Source: Eledone cirrhosa
Taxonomy: Eukaryota
Direction: 5' to 3'
Length of the DNA stretch: 64,000 bases
NCBI GenBank assembly: GCA_964016885.1
Contig: OZ024744.1
Coordinates: 46,376,001 to 46,440,000 of the forward strand
Part shown: positions 1 through 12,800 of the stretch, in pieces
Layout: each line of letters opens with the position of its first letter
How positions within the stretch are numbered: the stretch's first letter is position 1
Translations under genes and position numbers: made by a program
The notes under the pieces: model-generated
Database searches by the model: none
The model's input: only the letters and a program-made list of their open reading frames with translations
Told to the model about the DNA's origin: nothing

Positions 1-655
1 AAGTATTTAGTCTCCTTCTATTTTTATCCTTACCAACTCTACCGTTATTTAATGTCCTATTATTAAGATTTGGGTTACTACAAGGGTTAGTTAAAACCGC
101 ATTACTTGAATCAGCCGAAACTCGATTAAGTCTCTTTCTGTTTCTACCTCTAGTATATTTGCCGCCATCTGGAGTCATATCAAAAGGATTAGGGCCAATA
201 ATAGGATCAGTAGAAACAACATTATTAGAATTAGGTATATCAAAAGTATTACCAATGGGTGAGCGTTCAGAGGGCTCGACTTGATTCCTAGGAGTATTAG
301 ATTCTCTGCTACGAGTCCGGTGACTTAACCCATGGATGGGTTCAGATACACCTATGTGATTTCTACGATTCTTATGCTTTCTACTCCCATTCATGGCCAT
401 ATTATGGGATATTATGTTATTATTATTATAAGTAAGCGGAGACTTTCTAAGGTTACTATTATTATAATGTATTTTACCAGAGTAACCTGAGTTAGCTAAG
501 GCATTATTATAGTACTCTGCATGTGCATTAAATATTCCTACGTCCTTAGAGAGTGTGGAAATCCTATTAGATACACCATTAATTATAGAGCGTATCATAG
601 ATTTGGGGTGGTTAGAATTTGGACTAACATAAGAGAGTATTTCATTAGGCTTATG
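1..655 (-). mobile_element. Naiad-like PLE fragment (RT thumb + long linker)
   Basis: KPNEILSYVSPNSNHPKSMIRSIINGVSNRISTLS...YYNNALANSGY aligns with the thumb of the element at 7884-8405 (RKPNDTLNYISKHSNHP...YYNKALARSGF). Confidence 0.8.
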
Positions 656-2710
656 ATCAATGATCATCTCAATGATCATCTCCACACATCTTTCCACACA
701 TCTTTTCACAGCAAAATCAATGTTAATGGATGGGTACAGTGACACCACATCCATGCTGCCTATTATGCAGTTGGATAGGCTCCTGTTTTTGTTGCACTCA
801 CTGATTCTGCTGAGGAGGTCCTCTGTACTTTCACATACATCTGGGGACATCTTGATTATGGGGCGTATAACCATTGAGAGGAAGTAGGAGATCCTGTAGT
901 TGATAGCTATATTAGCTCCGCATACGGGTCTTGTTGGTGGTCCTGTTGTCGGGTCGTCGACTGTCTTGTGGTCTTTGCGGAGCCCATACAAGGGTGGTAT
1001 GCCATTGTTAGACGCCTGGAAGTTGTTGGCAGTGCGTCTGCTTGGCTTTAGGATGTTAGTCCACATCATCATGTGAGCGTTGAGGATTTTTTCTCTCCCA
1101 TCGTGTGTTTGTTGTGCAACTTCGCTCGTGTTGGTGATGTGGGGTTGCATAGCCTCGATGTAGTTCGGCATGCTATCTATTGACATCCTACCAGACTTAT
1201 CTGTGGGTAGACACACTACCTCACCATCCCTTGTGCGCTGCTTGAGGCTAACCAAGCTTTCTACAGGTTTCCTCCCAAGTTGTTGGGCCTCTGGTCTGCT
1301 CTGTCTCTTAGTATACCTGTCTACTACTTGTCTAATCTTATTTCTAGCTATGGTGAACTGTGCCTCTGTCTCGTCATCTATTTGTTGTGGTATGCAAACT
1401 CTTTTATTAAATGGTAACCTCGTAGGATAGATATTACCCATCTTATATGTTTTGTCGGCTGGGTTGAAAAATAGTTTTTCTAAGGGGTTGTCATTATATC
1501 TATCGTCATAGTTGTGTGTGTTGCTATTGTTGTTATCAGGGTGGTTGTTGTTGTTTCTATCATTAGCATTATTATTATTGTTATGATTGCTAGATGTATT
1601 GTTGTTTACTTCACCGTTATTGTTGTTGTTGTTACTGTTATTTCTACCATTGTGGTTGTTACTTTTATTATGTTTCTTGTTTTTGTTGATGTTGCTACAT
1701 GTACTATTTCCATTATTACCACTGTGGTTATTGTTGTTGTTGTTCGTATTGTTACCGTTACTACTACTGTGGTCGCTGTTGCTGTGTCTGTGGTTAATGT
1801 TTCTATTATTATTATTATTGTGGTTGTTGTTGTTCTGTCTATCGCTAGTATTATTACCATTATCACTATTTCTCACTTTCCTGCCATTGTTATGGTTCTG
1901 GCTGTTATTTCTATACCCATAGTTATTGTTTATATTACTACTACCGTTATTATTGTTGTTGTTGTTGTTTACCTTTGCATTCCAACGTATTTTTGTGAAA
2001 CACTTTTCCAGCTCCGTTTTGCACTCCATAAGGTTAATCTTTTTGTAGATGGCAAATTTTGGTGGTAACCGTAGGATTTGTTGTTCTTGTTCACTGATTA
2101 AAGTGTTCCCATAGATATTTACTGTGTGGTCATTGGTAAATTCTTCCGGTAGTTTTACATCAGTCATACGGATATTGTCGATGTTATCTGGGTATTTTTG
2201 AGAATATTCGATTTTCCTTTCTTGTAGTTTTTTCTTATTCATCCATTCTAATTTCTTCTTGAAATGCCTATTGCATTCGTTTCGAGCGTATTTCGTTTCA
2301 CGTCGGATGACGATCATGAAGTTAACTCTCTCGTTTGCTGTGATGAGATTTCGGATTTCCTTACCGTTAATGCGTTTCTGTCTGTAGAGTGTGTTGACTT
2401 TTGTGTATGTTGTTCTTTTCATATTAACTGTTATTGTGTGTTTTAGTCGTTCGGCTTGTGTTTTGTTCAATAATAAATTATTTACTTGTTTTGATATGTT
2501 TGTTGTGTATGTTTTGGAGGAAACACAGTGTTTTAAGAAGCGGATTTGTTCTGTTGTTATTGTAGTTTTTATATAACAGAAAACAGTGTCTTTCAATAAC
2601 CTTTCAGCTTGGCACAAGCTAATGCCGTAGCGGCGATGAATTAGTTTAGCGAGGTTTTTTATATGAAATCGTGTGTCGAAACAAATATTGTTATACTTGG
2701 GGAGGGTCAT
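1..2710 (-). CDS. Open ORF (>=903 codons, runs off window start): PLE N-terminal domain + RT up to motif A, fused in frame to the thumb/linker of a second (Naiad-like) PLE
   Basis: Manual translation from ATG at 2710: [23 protein letters not shown]...LPPKFAIY...KIRW, Asn-rich linker, ...IPPLYGLRKDHK...PTRPVCGA...SMDVVSLYPSINIDFAVKRCVERCVEMIIEMIIDHKPNEILSYVSPNSNHPKS...YYNNALANSGY. Codons 751 to 1 were read without a stop and spot checks upstream stay in frame. Its absence from the ORF track is consistent with no stop before the edge. Confidence 0.8.
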   Translation of the reverse strand, partial: MTLPKYNNICFDTRFHIKNLAKLIHRRYGISLCQAERLLKDTVFCYIKTTITTEQIRFLKHCVSSKTYTTNISKQVNNLLLNKTQAERLKHTITVNMKRTTYTKVNTLYRQKRINGKEIRNLITANERVNFMIVIRRETKYARNECNRHFKKKLEWMNKKKLQERKIEYSQKYPDNIDNIRMTDVKLPEEFTNDHTVNIYGNTLISEQEQQILRLPPKFAIYKKINLMECKTELEKCFTKIRWNAKVNNNNNNNNGSSNINNNYGYRNNSQNHNNGRKVRNSDNGNNTSDRQNNNNHNNNNNRNINHRHSNSDHSSSNGNNTNNNNNNHSGNNGNSTCSNINKNKKHNKSNNHNGRNNSNNNNNNGEVNNNTSSNHNNNNNANDRNNNNHPDNNNSNTHNYDDRYNDNPLEKLFFNPADKTYKMGNIYPTRLPFNKRVCIPQQIDDETEAQFTIARNKIRQVVDRYTKRQSRPEAQQLGRKPVESLVSLKQRTRDGEVVCLPTDKSGRMSIDSMPNYIEAMQPHITNTSEVAQQTHDGREKILNAHMMMWTNILKPSRRTANNFQASNNGIPPLYGLRKDHKTVDDPTTGPPTRPVCGANIAINYRISYFLSMVIRPIIKMSPDVCESTEDLLSRISECNKNRSLSNCIIGSMDVVSLYPSINIDFAVKRCVERCVEMIIEMIIDHKPNEILSYVSPNSNHPKSMIRSIINGVSNRISTLSKDVGIFNAHAEYYNNALANSGYSGKIHYNNSNLRKSPLTYNNNNIISHNMAMNGSRKHKNRRNHIGVSEPIHGLSHRTRSRESNTPRNQVEPSERSPIGNTFDIPNSNNVVSTDPIIGPNPFDMTPDGGKYTRGRNRKRLNRVSADSSNAVLTNPCSNPNLNNRTLNNGRVGKDKNRRRLNT

Positions 2711-2895
2711 ATTTGTGTAATATTGCCAGAATTAATAACAGAACACACTCACTGTTTGGTTGGTTTTCGCTTCTCGCTGTCTCTTATATCTGCGATCTAT
2801 CTTACTCGGTCCTCAATGTTGCCATTGACTGACCGACGGTCAAAAATAATACAGATACAATATAGACACAAACACATATATATAGTTTACATAAT

Positions 2896-2938
2896 TTACA
2901 TAAATCTTTCGTTGCACATCTGCAACATCGTCAGTGGT
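2896..2938 (-). ncRNA. Minimal hammerhead ribozyme in pLTR (further copies at ~5993-6037 and ~17983-18025)
   Basis: Minus strand: acca-CTGACGA-T-GTTGCA gatg TGCAAC-GAAA-GATTTA. The core and stem II are retained in three copies; stems I and III are weak. Confidence 0.6.
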
Positions 2939-3254
2939 GTTATATTATTTTTTTTCCTCCTGTTGTGTTGTATGTCTACGCCATTTTTTATTCAGTCTGT
3001 CTATATATTTATTTATTTATTTGCTTGTTTGTTTATTTTATTTTGTCTTCTTTGCGCATGCGTTTGCGTGTGTGTATAGTGTTATGTTTGCTGTGTGACT
3101 AGTGTGTATAGTGTTGTGTTTGCTGGGTGACTAGTATGTGTTTATGTGCTTGTTGTTATTGTGCTTGTGTATGTATTTATTTATCTTATTTTATTTTATT
3201 TTATTTACTTATTTATACTTCTCTTTTGTCAGTGTTGTTTGTTTGGGTGTTGTT

Positions 3255-4617
3255 GTTGTTCCACTCATTCTTTCTGTTTAGCTTTGGTCTTCTAATTTCT
3301 ATTTCACTGGCCTCCCTGATTTGCCTATCTGCTGGGTCATTCCTATGTTTAGATATTATTCTAATTTCTATGTTGTCTATGTTACCGTCATGTTGTTGTC
3401 TAGCATGTTTGTATAGTACTGACCCGTTTTTTCGTCCTTTTAGTTCCCCCAGTGTTGGTATATCCTTTCACCTATGCTACGAGCTGTCTCACCTATGTAT
3501 GTTGTTGTCATGTTTCTGCAAGTACCCTCTGTACATCTTATACTATAGACTACGTTTCTAGTTTCACAGTTTATCCGGGGGTTCACCTTACATATGATAC
3601 ATTTCCTATTGGTACAGTGGGTTTTCTTAAAAGGGTAGGTTTTGCTGATCAGGGATTTTATGGTGGTTCCTGGCTTTTCTACCACCTTTATTTTTAAGTG
3701 GGTCTTTCTCAGGGCCTTTCTACACTGGTTAGCTAATTTCCCTCCAGGGGTGGCGTCCACAAACATGACACTCTGATATCTCTGGTTGTCGTACCATGAT
3801 GTGGCCTTCCCTATCTTATGTCTAGCCCTATCTAAGCTATTCCATGATTTGCTCCTGTATAATGGGCAAATTCCTTTCATGTCCAGTTCTATGAGGGTCT
3901 TATACTTTTCCATGGCTCCTTCGTATACTCTGACTCTGTCTCTTTGGTTGTAGCCAGAGAACTGCATGCGGTTGATGAAGTGTTGGATGTGTCTTTCCAT
4001 TTCTGTTGGGTCGCACATGCTGGACACATTCTTCATCACTCGTACCAAATCTGCGATCAGAATATTAAACTTAGCACTACTGGACATTGCTGAGTTTTTT
4101 AGTATCAGGTATTTGAGTGTGAGTGGAGAATTTGGGCTCTCTCGTCTATAGTGTTAATCCAGAGTTCTGTGTCTAATACAGGTAGTCTATTGTTAGGGTG
4201 TTTGGAAGGGAAGTCGATAGTTACAGTTATACTCTGGTGTATGGAATTAGCTATCTGCTGGATGCTTTCCATCGTGCTACGTTCTAAATCAAACTTGTTA
4301 GTGCTCTCTAGTGGGGGTGTTCTTATAACTATATTGATATCGTCTACATAACGAGAGTACATGATGAGGTCTATGGAGCTTTCATTAAGGAGATCTTTAA
4401 GTCTCCTTTCCCACCATACCATGAAAAGGTTGGCAACATCACCAGCTATGCTGACGCCGATGGCTGCTCCCTCATTTTGGGTGTAGATTTTCTCATTGAA
4501 CTTAAATATGTGGCCCTTTAGGGTAGTTTTGATACTAGCCCCTATTGCATGTGCGACCATTTTTCTTACCTGATCATTGTTTTGGGGGGTCCTTATAGCT
4601 TGGTCCACCCAACCCAC
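3255..4617 (-). pseudogene. PLE RT C-terminal half + GIY-YIG endonuclease, frameshifted
   Basis: GAAIGVSIAGDVANLFM, RYVDD, LPVLD (4105-4617); CxxxxCxxC...C, NVVYSIRC, YIGETARSIGERI (3440-4087); continues in another frame to PKLNRKNEW. Confidence 0.9.
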
Positions 4618-4876
4618 CTTCCCAACAGTGAGTGTGTTCTGTTATTAATTCTGGCAATATTACACAAATATGACCCTCCCCAAGTATAAAAATATTTGTT
4701 TCGACACACGATTTCATATAAAAAACCTCGTTAAACCCGGTTCGTCTGTTTGTTTACATACAGACTAGCTGGACACTCACTGTAAAGTGTCTAGTGAAAA
4801 ACTCAGTACATGTACATATGTATTTATATGCATACTAGTACTTCCGTATACATATGTAGATGTACACTTTAACTTA

Positions 4877-5017
<141 letters not shown>

Positions 5018-5600
5018 TGTTTGACCTGTTTAGCTTGATTTGTTTTTTTACTTACTTGGTTAATGCCTTCTTGAGCGCTTGCCAGCATAACTCTGATTTT
5101 GCGTTTCGTTTCGCTTTTTCTCCCTGCCGCAATTCGATTCTCGCTGAATTTAAATATATATATATAGTATATTTAGAAATATACTGTAGGCTTAATTAAA
5201 AATATTTTGAAGACGATGCGCTATTATTTTAAAGTAGTGAATATGTCACACTTCTTTTTTCAACAAACAAAGGGAGATAAGCTGACAGATCTGTTTAGCA
5301 CTGTTGCTAATCATCAGAGCACCAATCCTAATTTTCAACTTTTGCTGGGCCGGTAATCGTTCAGTATAATCAGTTCCTGATTATTACTGGAATTCTATAA
5401 GAATCCAGCATTTATAATTTTCAACAAACATCGGCGAGTGCTAAGCTCTGATGATCACCAATAGTGTGTACATATCTGTCAGTTTATCTCCCTTTGTTTG
5501 TTGAAAATAGAAGTAAATGACATAGTCACTACATTAAAATAATAGCGCAGTCTTCAAAATGTTTTTAATTAGGCATACAGTATATTGCCAAATATACGAT
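5018..5600. mobile_element. Fold-back (twin-arm) pLTR insertion with a hammerhead remnant in each arm
   Basis: ~5165-5320 is an imperfect inverted repeat of ~5445-5600. Minus-arm HHR: gct-CTGATGA-TTAGCAacagTGC-TAAA-CAGATCTG-TC-agct; plus-arm HHR at 5442-5486. Homologous to 18357-18868. Confidence 0.75.
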
Positions 5601-5613
5601 ACATATATATATG

Positions 5614-5644
<31 letters not shown>

Positions 5645-5676
5645 GTATATATATATGTATATATGTATATATATAT

Positions 5677-6200
<524 letters not shown>

Positions 6201-6205
6201 TATAT

Positions 6206-9200
6206 AGTAATAATAATAAATTTGAAGACTAAAATCCAAAGAGGGCTCGATAAGGATAAATGTATATCAAATATATAAGAACCGTTGAGCAAATATTTAT
6301 TAAAATAACAGATTAAAGTTTAAGCAAAGAATCGCTGCTTTCACCCTTAACGGGATCTTCTGAAACTAACAAAGTCAATCTGTAAACGCAGAAGTGGATA
6401 TTTCAAAAAACGTTGCAACCAGAGGAAGACAGGAAGACGATACTTTGGTTCGTGGAAACGTTCCCTGAAAAAGAACGGGAAAAAACGAATATAATACGTC
6501 ATTAATAGGAGCGGTGAAAAACAATTTCGCACAAAGACAGAACCACGTTTATGGTATAAAAGAAGTCGTAGACTAATGTTCTATTAGGTGGTTCATAGAG
6601 ACGTTCTCTGGCAATGCACGGAAAAAACGAAGATAATACGTCATATGTGGAGCGTGGAGAACAATTGCACGCAAAGACAAAACCACGCAAATGGTACAGC
6701 AGAAGTCGTAGACTAAAATTCCAACCATGAGACCGAATGAATCTCCGCCTCAGAGTTAAGAGCAAAGTAAATAAATACAATACAGAGGTAATAGAAATTA
6801 AATAAATACATACACGCATGCAAATACGTACATACACAAGCACACGCGAAAACACTTGCCATAGGTATACAAAACCACGCACATATAAATATGTGTGTGT
6901 GTGTGTGCGTGTATACAAATAAATCAATAATTAAATAAACGTATATAAATAAATAAATACGTATATAACAAGCGCACACACATACCTACATGTAAATACA
7001 AAAATGTTCGGAGACGTAAGTCAACCAAAACATGAAGTACACATATACACACACCCTACATACGTACGAACCAGCATACTCACACAGACGCAAAACTCCC
7101 GTATACACATAACCAAACCATATGTACCAGAATATATAAAAAAGTATACGCCATAACATATACAATCAAATATACGTACGAGAAAGTATACGTACCTTCA
7201 CAAAACATACAGGTAATATATACTTACCTATGCAAATAAGTAATGGTATAAACAAAACATATACTTAGCTACAACATCAAGACGTAAAATATCCACGTAT
7301 AGATCGTACTATCCGTTAGTGTATAACGTGGGGCTGTAATACAGGAAAGTTTTGTGAAATTTATGTTTACAAGCCGAAATTGCCTCAGATTTTTTGTTTA
7401 AGATGCGGTCTGTGGCGTAGAGTATTTCCAGGGCCTCAGCGGTGCAGAGATCACATGGTCTTTTATTTCCGTTATACGATCTAGCCCTAGCTAGGATCTC
7501 CCAGTGTAACTTATATTGGGTGTGGTTGTCTTTTAGACTCCAGATATAAACTGAAAGTGACGTCATATTCCTTCTTAGAGGGTAACGAAAAGAATGGGTA
7601 TGCATGTAAAGACGCTGCTTGAAACTATTGGCGGTTAACCCTATGTAGGCCCTACGGGACGTGGGTGTTTCAACCTTATATTTGTAGACAATGTTACTAG
7701 AGAGGTATTTCCCGGATAGGGGGCGATCAACCCGATTCCTACAATTACAGTTAGTACTAACTACAGGGTTGCACGTGTTCCTACGGCTAGGTAGTTTGGC
7801 TAAATTTGAAGCGTGATGTTATGTGCAAGGTAAGGAATCGTAGAGTAAGAAATTTTAATAGTATTTTTATTAAAGATTTTACTTTATTTATGTGTCGGGG
7901 GAAAATGCTTCGTAATAAAGGAAAGAAAGATCTTAGCTAATGGTGTGGCCACCTCCATATTATATGGTGGGTTATAGCAACAAATGCGACGGGATCTATT
8001 TCTTCTAGGTCTATTTTCGTACTCTGTATATGCTACCTTATCGACAAATCCACTCCGAGCAAGAGCTTTATTGTAATAAGTGGAATGGTCGTTGAAAATA
8101 TGCTCGTTAGTAGGTAGACGGGAAAGCCTCAACCAAACGTTTCTTACCAGGTTCTTGGTTATGCTGGCAGGATGGTTGGAATGCTTACTTATGTAATTAA
8201 GCGTATCATTCGGCTTTCTATACGGGTAATACCACCCATTCGATAAATTGAGGGTAACGTCGAGGTAATTAACGACCGAGAGATTGGCCTCAACCTGTAT
8301 AGAGAGGTTGAAGCCTTTAAAGAAGGCTGTGAGTTCTTTTCTGAACCTGTCGCAAGCACGAGGTCCGCACTTAGTCATGGTCAAAAGACCATCATCACGG
8401 TACAAACCACCGCCGCGTTGGGGAATTCGTCCTTGATAGAGAAAAGAAGGAAAAGGCCGATAAGATCAGTAACCTCCGCAGAACCGCTGGCGCCCATACT
8501 CACGTCGAATGGGGTACTATTGGATTTTTTAATCCAAATAGAGTCGTCGAAATTAATCACCGACTTACGGGCATTGAGCATGACATCAGCTTCGAAATCC
8601 TTAACCACTGTGAGTGTTTTAGCGAAATCAATAGCTCTAAGGAAAAGTGGTAAAGTGGTGGAGGAGTAGTAATTGTTGATGTCGAATTGGATAAAATAGC
8701 AATGTTCCTTGTTGCATATGCCGTTGAACCAATCAATCACCACGAAAGAATTGTTCCACAGTTTAAGAGGGGCCAAACTTCTAATTTCTGGTATAATTCT
8801 ATCAAGAATCCTTTTACTAAGTCTACCTAAATCGGACTTCGTAAGGTTAATAAGCCGAATAGAGGGGTTGTTCGGAAAATTGGATTTCTGATCCTTCAGG
8901 GTAAAGCGCGGAGAATAGGGTCCAGAGGTTCGGTCCAGGATGTTGAGATCAGAGGTGATTTTAAACCCAGCATCGTTGATTTCATTGATGACGCACCAAT
9001 TAGTTTTACGGTAATCCTTAGTTACAGCATTATGTAGTAGTTGATGGTAAGTACTGCGCTTCACTTGATATAGGTTGCTAGTTTTGTCGGAATGGACGTG
9101 CACGGCATTAGAATCCTTAATAGAACGAATTCTATTCTTCAGGTCCTGCTGGAAGGAATTGTTCCTATTCCGAAATTTGATACTCTATATGAGTTCCAAG

Positions 9201-9743
9201 ACATCATTTTCGAAGGGTAGCAATGCTGGGTTATACGGGGGGTTATTATAGGTTTTAAACCCAAATTTATCCTGTTTGTTGTCTTCTTTTCGCGGATTAT
9301 CGAAATAAAAGGCACGCCAACGCAACCTTTTAATTAACGCGTCTGTTTTCTGTATCAGGAGTTTTAGGTATGTTTTCCTGCTTGGTACGGGTATGTTCTT
9401 TGTAGAAATATTCAGATGTTGTTTCTGCATGATGAATATAAGTCAATAGAGTGCTTAACCGAGGGAGGCAAATAGTAATAATAATAAATTTGAAGACTAA
9501 AATCCAAAGAGAGCTCGATATGGATAAATATATATCAGATATATAAGAACCGTAGAATTCGTTTTTTCCCGTTCTTTGCCAGGGAACGTTTCCACGAACC
9601 AAAGTATCGTCTTCCTGTCTTCCTGCGGTTGCAACGTTTTTTGAAATATCCACTTCTGCGTTTACAGACTGACTTTGTTAGTTTCAGAAGATCCCGTTAA
9701 GGGTGAAAGCAGCGATTCTTTGTTTAAACTTTAATCTGTTATA

Positions 9744-9748
<5 letters not shown>
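6206..9748 (-). mobile_element. Near full-length Naiad-like PLE, degenerate
   Basis: N-term STKNIPVPSRKTY...IKRLRWRAF (9185-9430), RT FIQFDINNYY/MGASGSAE/YRDDGL, NCNCR zinc-knuckle region, GIY-YIG and C-terminal CDLC (7309-9103). Direct repeat 6206-6285/9473-9553; inverted repeat 6300-6490/9557-9748; ~142 bp internal duplication at 6446-6720. Confidence 0.9.
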
Positions 9749-9800
<52 letters not shown>

Positions 9801-9804
<4 letters not shown>

Positions 9805-12800
9805 ACAGGGAGAAAGAGACGACTATGAGGAAGAAAATCTTTTTTTCTCCTTTTTTGTTTCTCTCTCTTTTTTCTCGGTTAGAAAATGATTAAAACGAAA
9901 TGTTTTACCTTGTGTGAAGTGTTAAGGTCTTAGATGATTTATTTATTATTTAACAATGGTATTTATTTATCTATTTATATATTTAATTATTGTCTATTAC
10001 CGGTTTCAGCATTTATATGCATTATCAAATGATAGTGAAATGTATTAGTGTGGTGTCGCACATGTTAAACAGAAGGTGCAGAAAGAATAATGTTATATAC
10101 AAACAAGGTTTAAGAAGTAAAAAGAAAAAAGAAAAAGGAAAAAAAACGTGCATAATGTGGAACGTAAAAAGTCAACGTGGAAGAAAAAATAATGTTATTT
10201 ACAAGCACAGTCATTGAAGTTAAGCAGTTCAAAATGTGTTAATATCGCAAGAGTGCTTAGTTGAATCATGGTTCCATGAAGGAGGCAAATGGTGGACTGT
10301 GGTTTGATATGATTTCGCTTTTTAGAGAGTTAATATGCAGGGGGAAGCAATTCTTGCTGAGTGATATTTAATTTATTTAAGAAAAAGGATTAAGTAGGGT
10401 GTGAGGGAGGTAACACTTGTAAATGTTTGATGGTTTGTCGCAGTTTTAGATTCGTCCGATTTTTAGGGCATTGAGTAGTGGTTGAAATTTATTAATGAAA
10501 CGTTGGATGAAAGTAGCGTTGTCTATGAATTTGTAAATGGGGAAATTTTAAAGTTTGGATGTTGGTTGAGAGCACAATTGGCGATATGTTCACTAAATTC
10601 AATCTTTCTGTATTCCTGTATTTTAATTTATGATTTATGGACGGTCTACGTTGACGGAGGCTGATTTTTGTCTGTCCTATGTAGTGCTCTTGACAACCTG
10701 AGCAGGTCAAAACATAGATAAGGTTTTCAGATGCACATGTAAAGTTGTGTTTAACTGTGAAACGTTGTCCTTGTTTAAAATGGAATGTTGAACCCTCCTA
10801 TGAGATTTATGCATATGCCACAGTTGGGCCTTCCGCATTTTGTTACTGTAGGGTTCATTGTGAGGGTTTGTTGCATTTTGGCTTGTGTGAGGATGTTTTT
10901 TGTGGATTTGGGTTGTCTTTTGCTCTTTATGATGTTGTGTTTGGAGGATATTGTTCATTCTTGGGTCTCTTTTAGTAAAAGAATGTTATGGAGGATGGTG
11001 TCGAATGCCTCATTGTTGAGGGGGTCGTGTGTGGAGATGTATGGTAAAGTTTTTTGTTGGGGTTCACTCCTGGGTTTGGGGTGTCTGAGTTCCTGGATGT
11101 CTAGTTTTAGGGCACGTTGGAATCCGTTGGTTATTAGGGATGGTGGGTAGTTTCTGCTGATAAGTGTGTTTTTTAATTCTTTTAGTCGTGTGTAGCATGT
11201 GTATTTATCTGAAACTATTGTGCAGATCTTTCTGGCTAGGTTATAAGGAATTGCCATTTAGATGTGTCAAGGGTGGCACGAGTTGAATGGAAGGTATTGT
11301 TTGGAGTCTGTGGGTTTGTAGTATATGTCTGTTTCTATTTTGTTGCTTGTTTTCTTGATGAGGATGTCAAGGAAAGGGCTGTAATCCATTGTGAATTGTA
11401 AGTTAGTGTTGAGCCCATTCAGAAGGGTTTTGAACTCAAACAGTCTATCTATACTTTCATGCCAGAGTATGGAGCAGTCGTCCAGATATCTCTTCCAGTT
11501 CTTTTCTATGTGTTGGTAGAAGTGGTTGCCGTATTTGTCTAGAGCTTTGCGTTAGAGAATGGTTTCCAAGTATCCCATGACAAGATTGGCGTATGCGGGG
11601 GCTACTTTCGTGTCCATGGCAGTCCCAGATATCTGACTGTAGTATTTGGCATTGAATTCGAAGAAATTGTTTTCCAAGATGAATTTGAGTCCCTCCAACA
11701 CAAATCCTTTAGTGATGCGCTGTGGAAGTTCACTAGGGAAAATTTCCATCCAGAATTGTATTGCCTCTATACCTAGGTTGTGTGGGATATTGGAATATAA
11801 ATTGATGAAATAAAAGGTTACTAGTAGGGTATGTTCGTTATTGAGTGTTGTTGGGAGGTGGTTGAGCATGTCAAGGTCGTCCCTTATGAAGCTTTTTATG
11901 TTTTAGGAAATGTTTAAGGAGAATATCTAGGAAGTTGCTTAGGCGGTGGGTTTCACATGTGGTGCCTGTTATTATGGGTCTTAATTTAAGGTCATCAGGA
12001 GGGGTTATATTGATGTAAACGTCTGTGGCTTGCTTGCAGGCCCTACCTATTATTTCGCTTTTGTGTGTCTTGGGGATACCGTAGAAGAGACTGGTTCTGC
12101 TTTTGGAATTGGTGATGTAGTTGTATTCCTTGTCTGTAAGGCCTTCTTTGTAAAGGGTTGTTAGGATTTTAGGTTTCTCATTATTTTCTGTTGTGTGTAG
12201 TGTTGGGCCTTTTCATAATATGTTTGGTTTTCTAGAGTTGAGAGTACTAGAGTTGTGTAATAATCTGTCTCCATAAGGACTACAGCACCCCCTTTATCTG
12301 CCTCTTTGATTGTTAGGGTTTTGTAGTTTTTTAGACTGTTAAGACCATTCCATTCTGTTTTGCTTAGGTTTGGTTTTTGTTTATGTCTGTGTAGGTGGTG
12401 GAATGGGTAATTAGTAATGTGTTCGCAGAATTGATCGAGGAATTTATTCTTGCCTTTTGGTGGGGTGTAGTTGCTTCTATTTCTGGCTATTGAGTCATCC
12501 TCATTGTATTTGTTGTATAGTTGTTAGCTGAGTCTTAGTTTTCTACAGAATTCCGCAATATCTTCCCTCACACCCTACCTAATCCTTTTTCTTAAATAAA
12601 TTAAATATCACCCAGCAAGAATTACTTCCCCCTGCATATTAACTCTCCAAAAAGCGAAATCATATCAAACCACAGTCCACCATTTGCCCCCTTCACGGAA
12701 CCATGATTCAACTAAGCACTCTTGCGATATTAAAACATTTTGAACTGCTTAACTTCAATGACTGTGCTTGTAAATAACATTATTTTTTCTTCCACATTGA

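Larger units (their letters stand above)
656..4737 (-). mobile_element. Penelope-like element (Nematis/Neptune-like), partial tandem: 3' half - pLTR - 5' half, plus inverted pLTR end
   Basis: RT motifs B/C and GIY-YIG at 3255-4617, pLTR ~2640-3100, ORF start 2710. 4620-4737 is the reverse complement of ~2645-2760. Confidence 0.85.

Noticed and set aside
1514-2068. Hydrophobic membrane-protein-like ORFs (also 14583-15014, 56004-56621) and poly-YI / HYTT ORFs
   Set aside because: They are antisense or direct translations of microsatellites and minisatellites.
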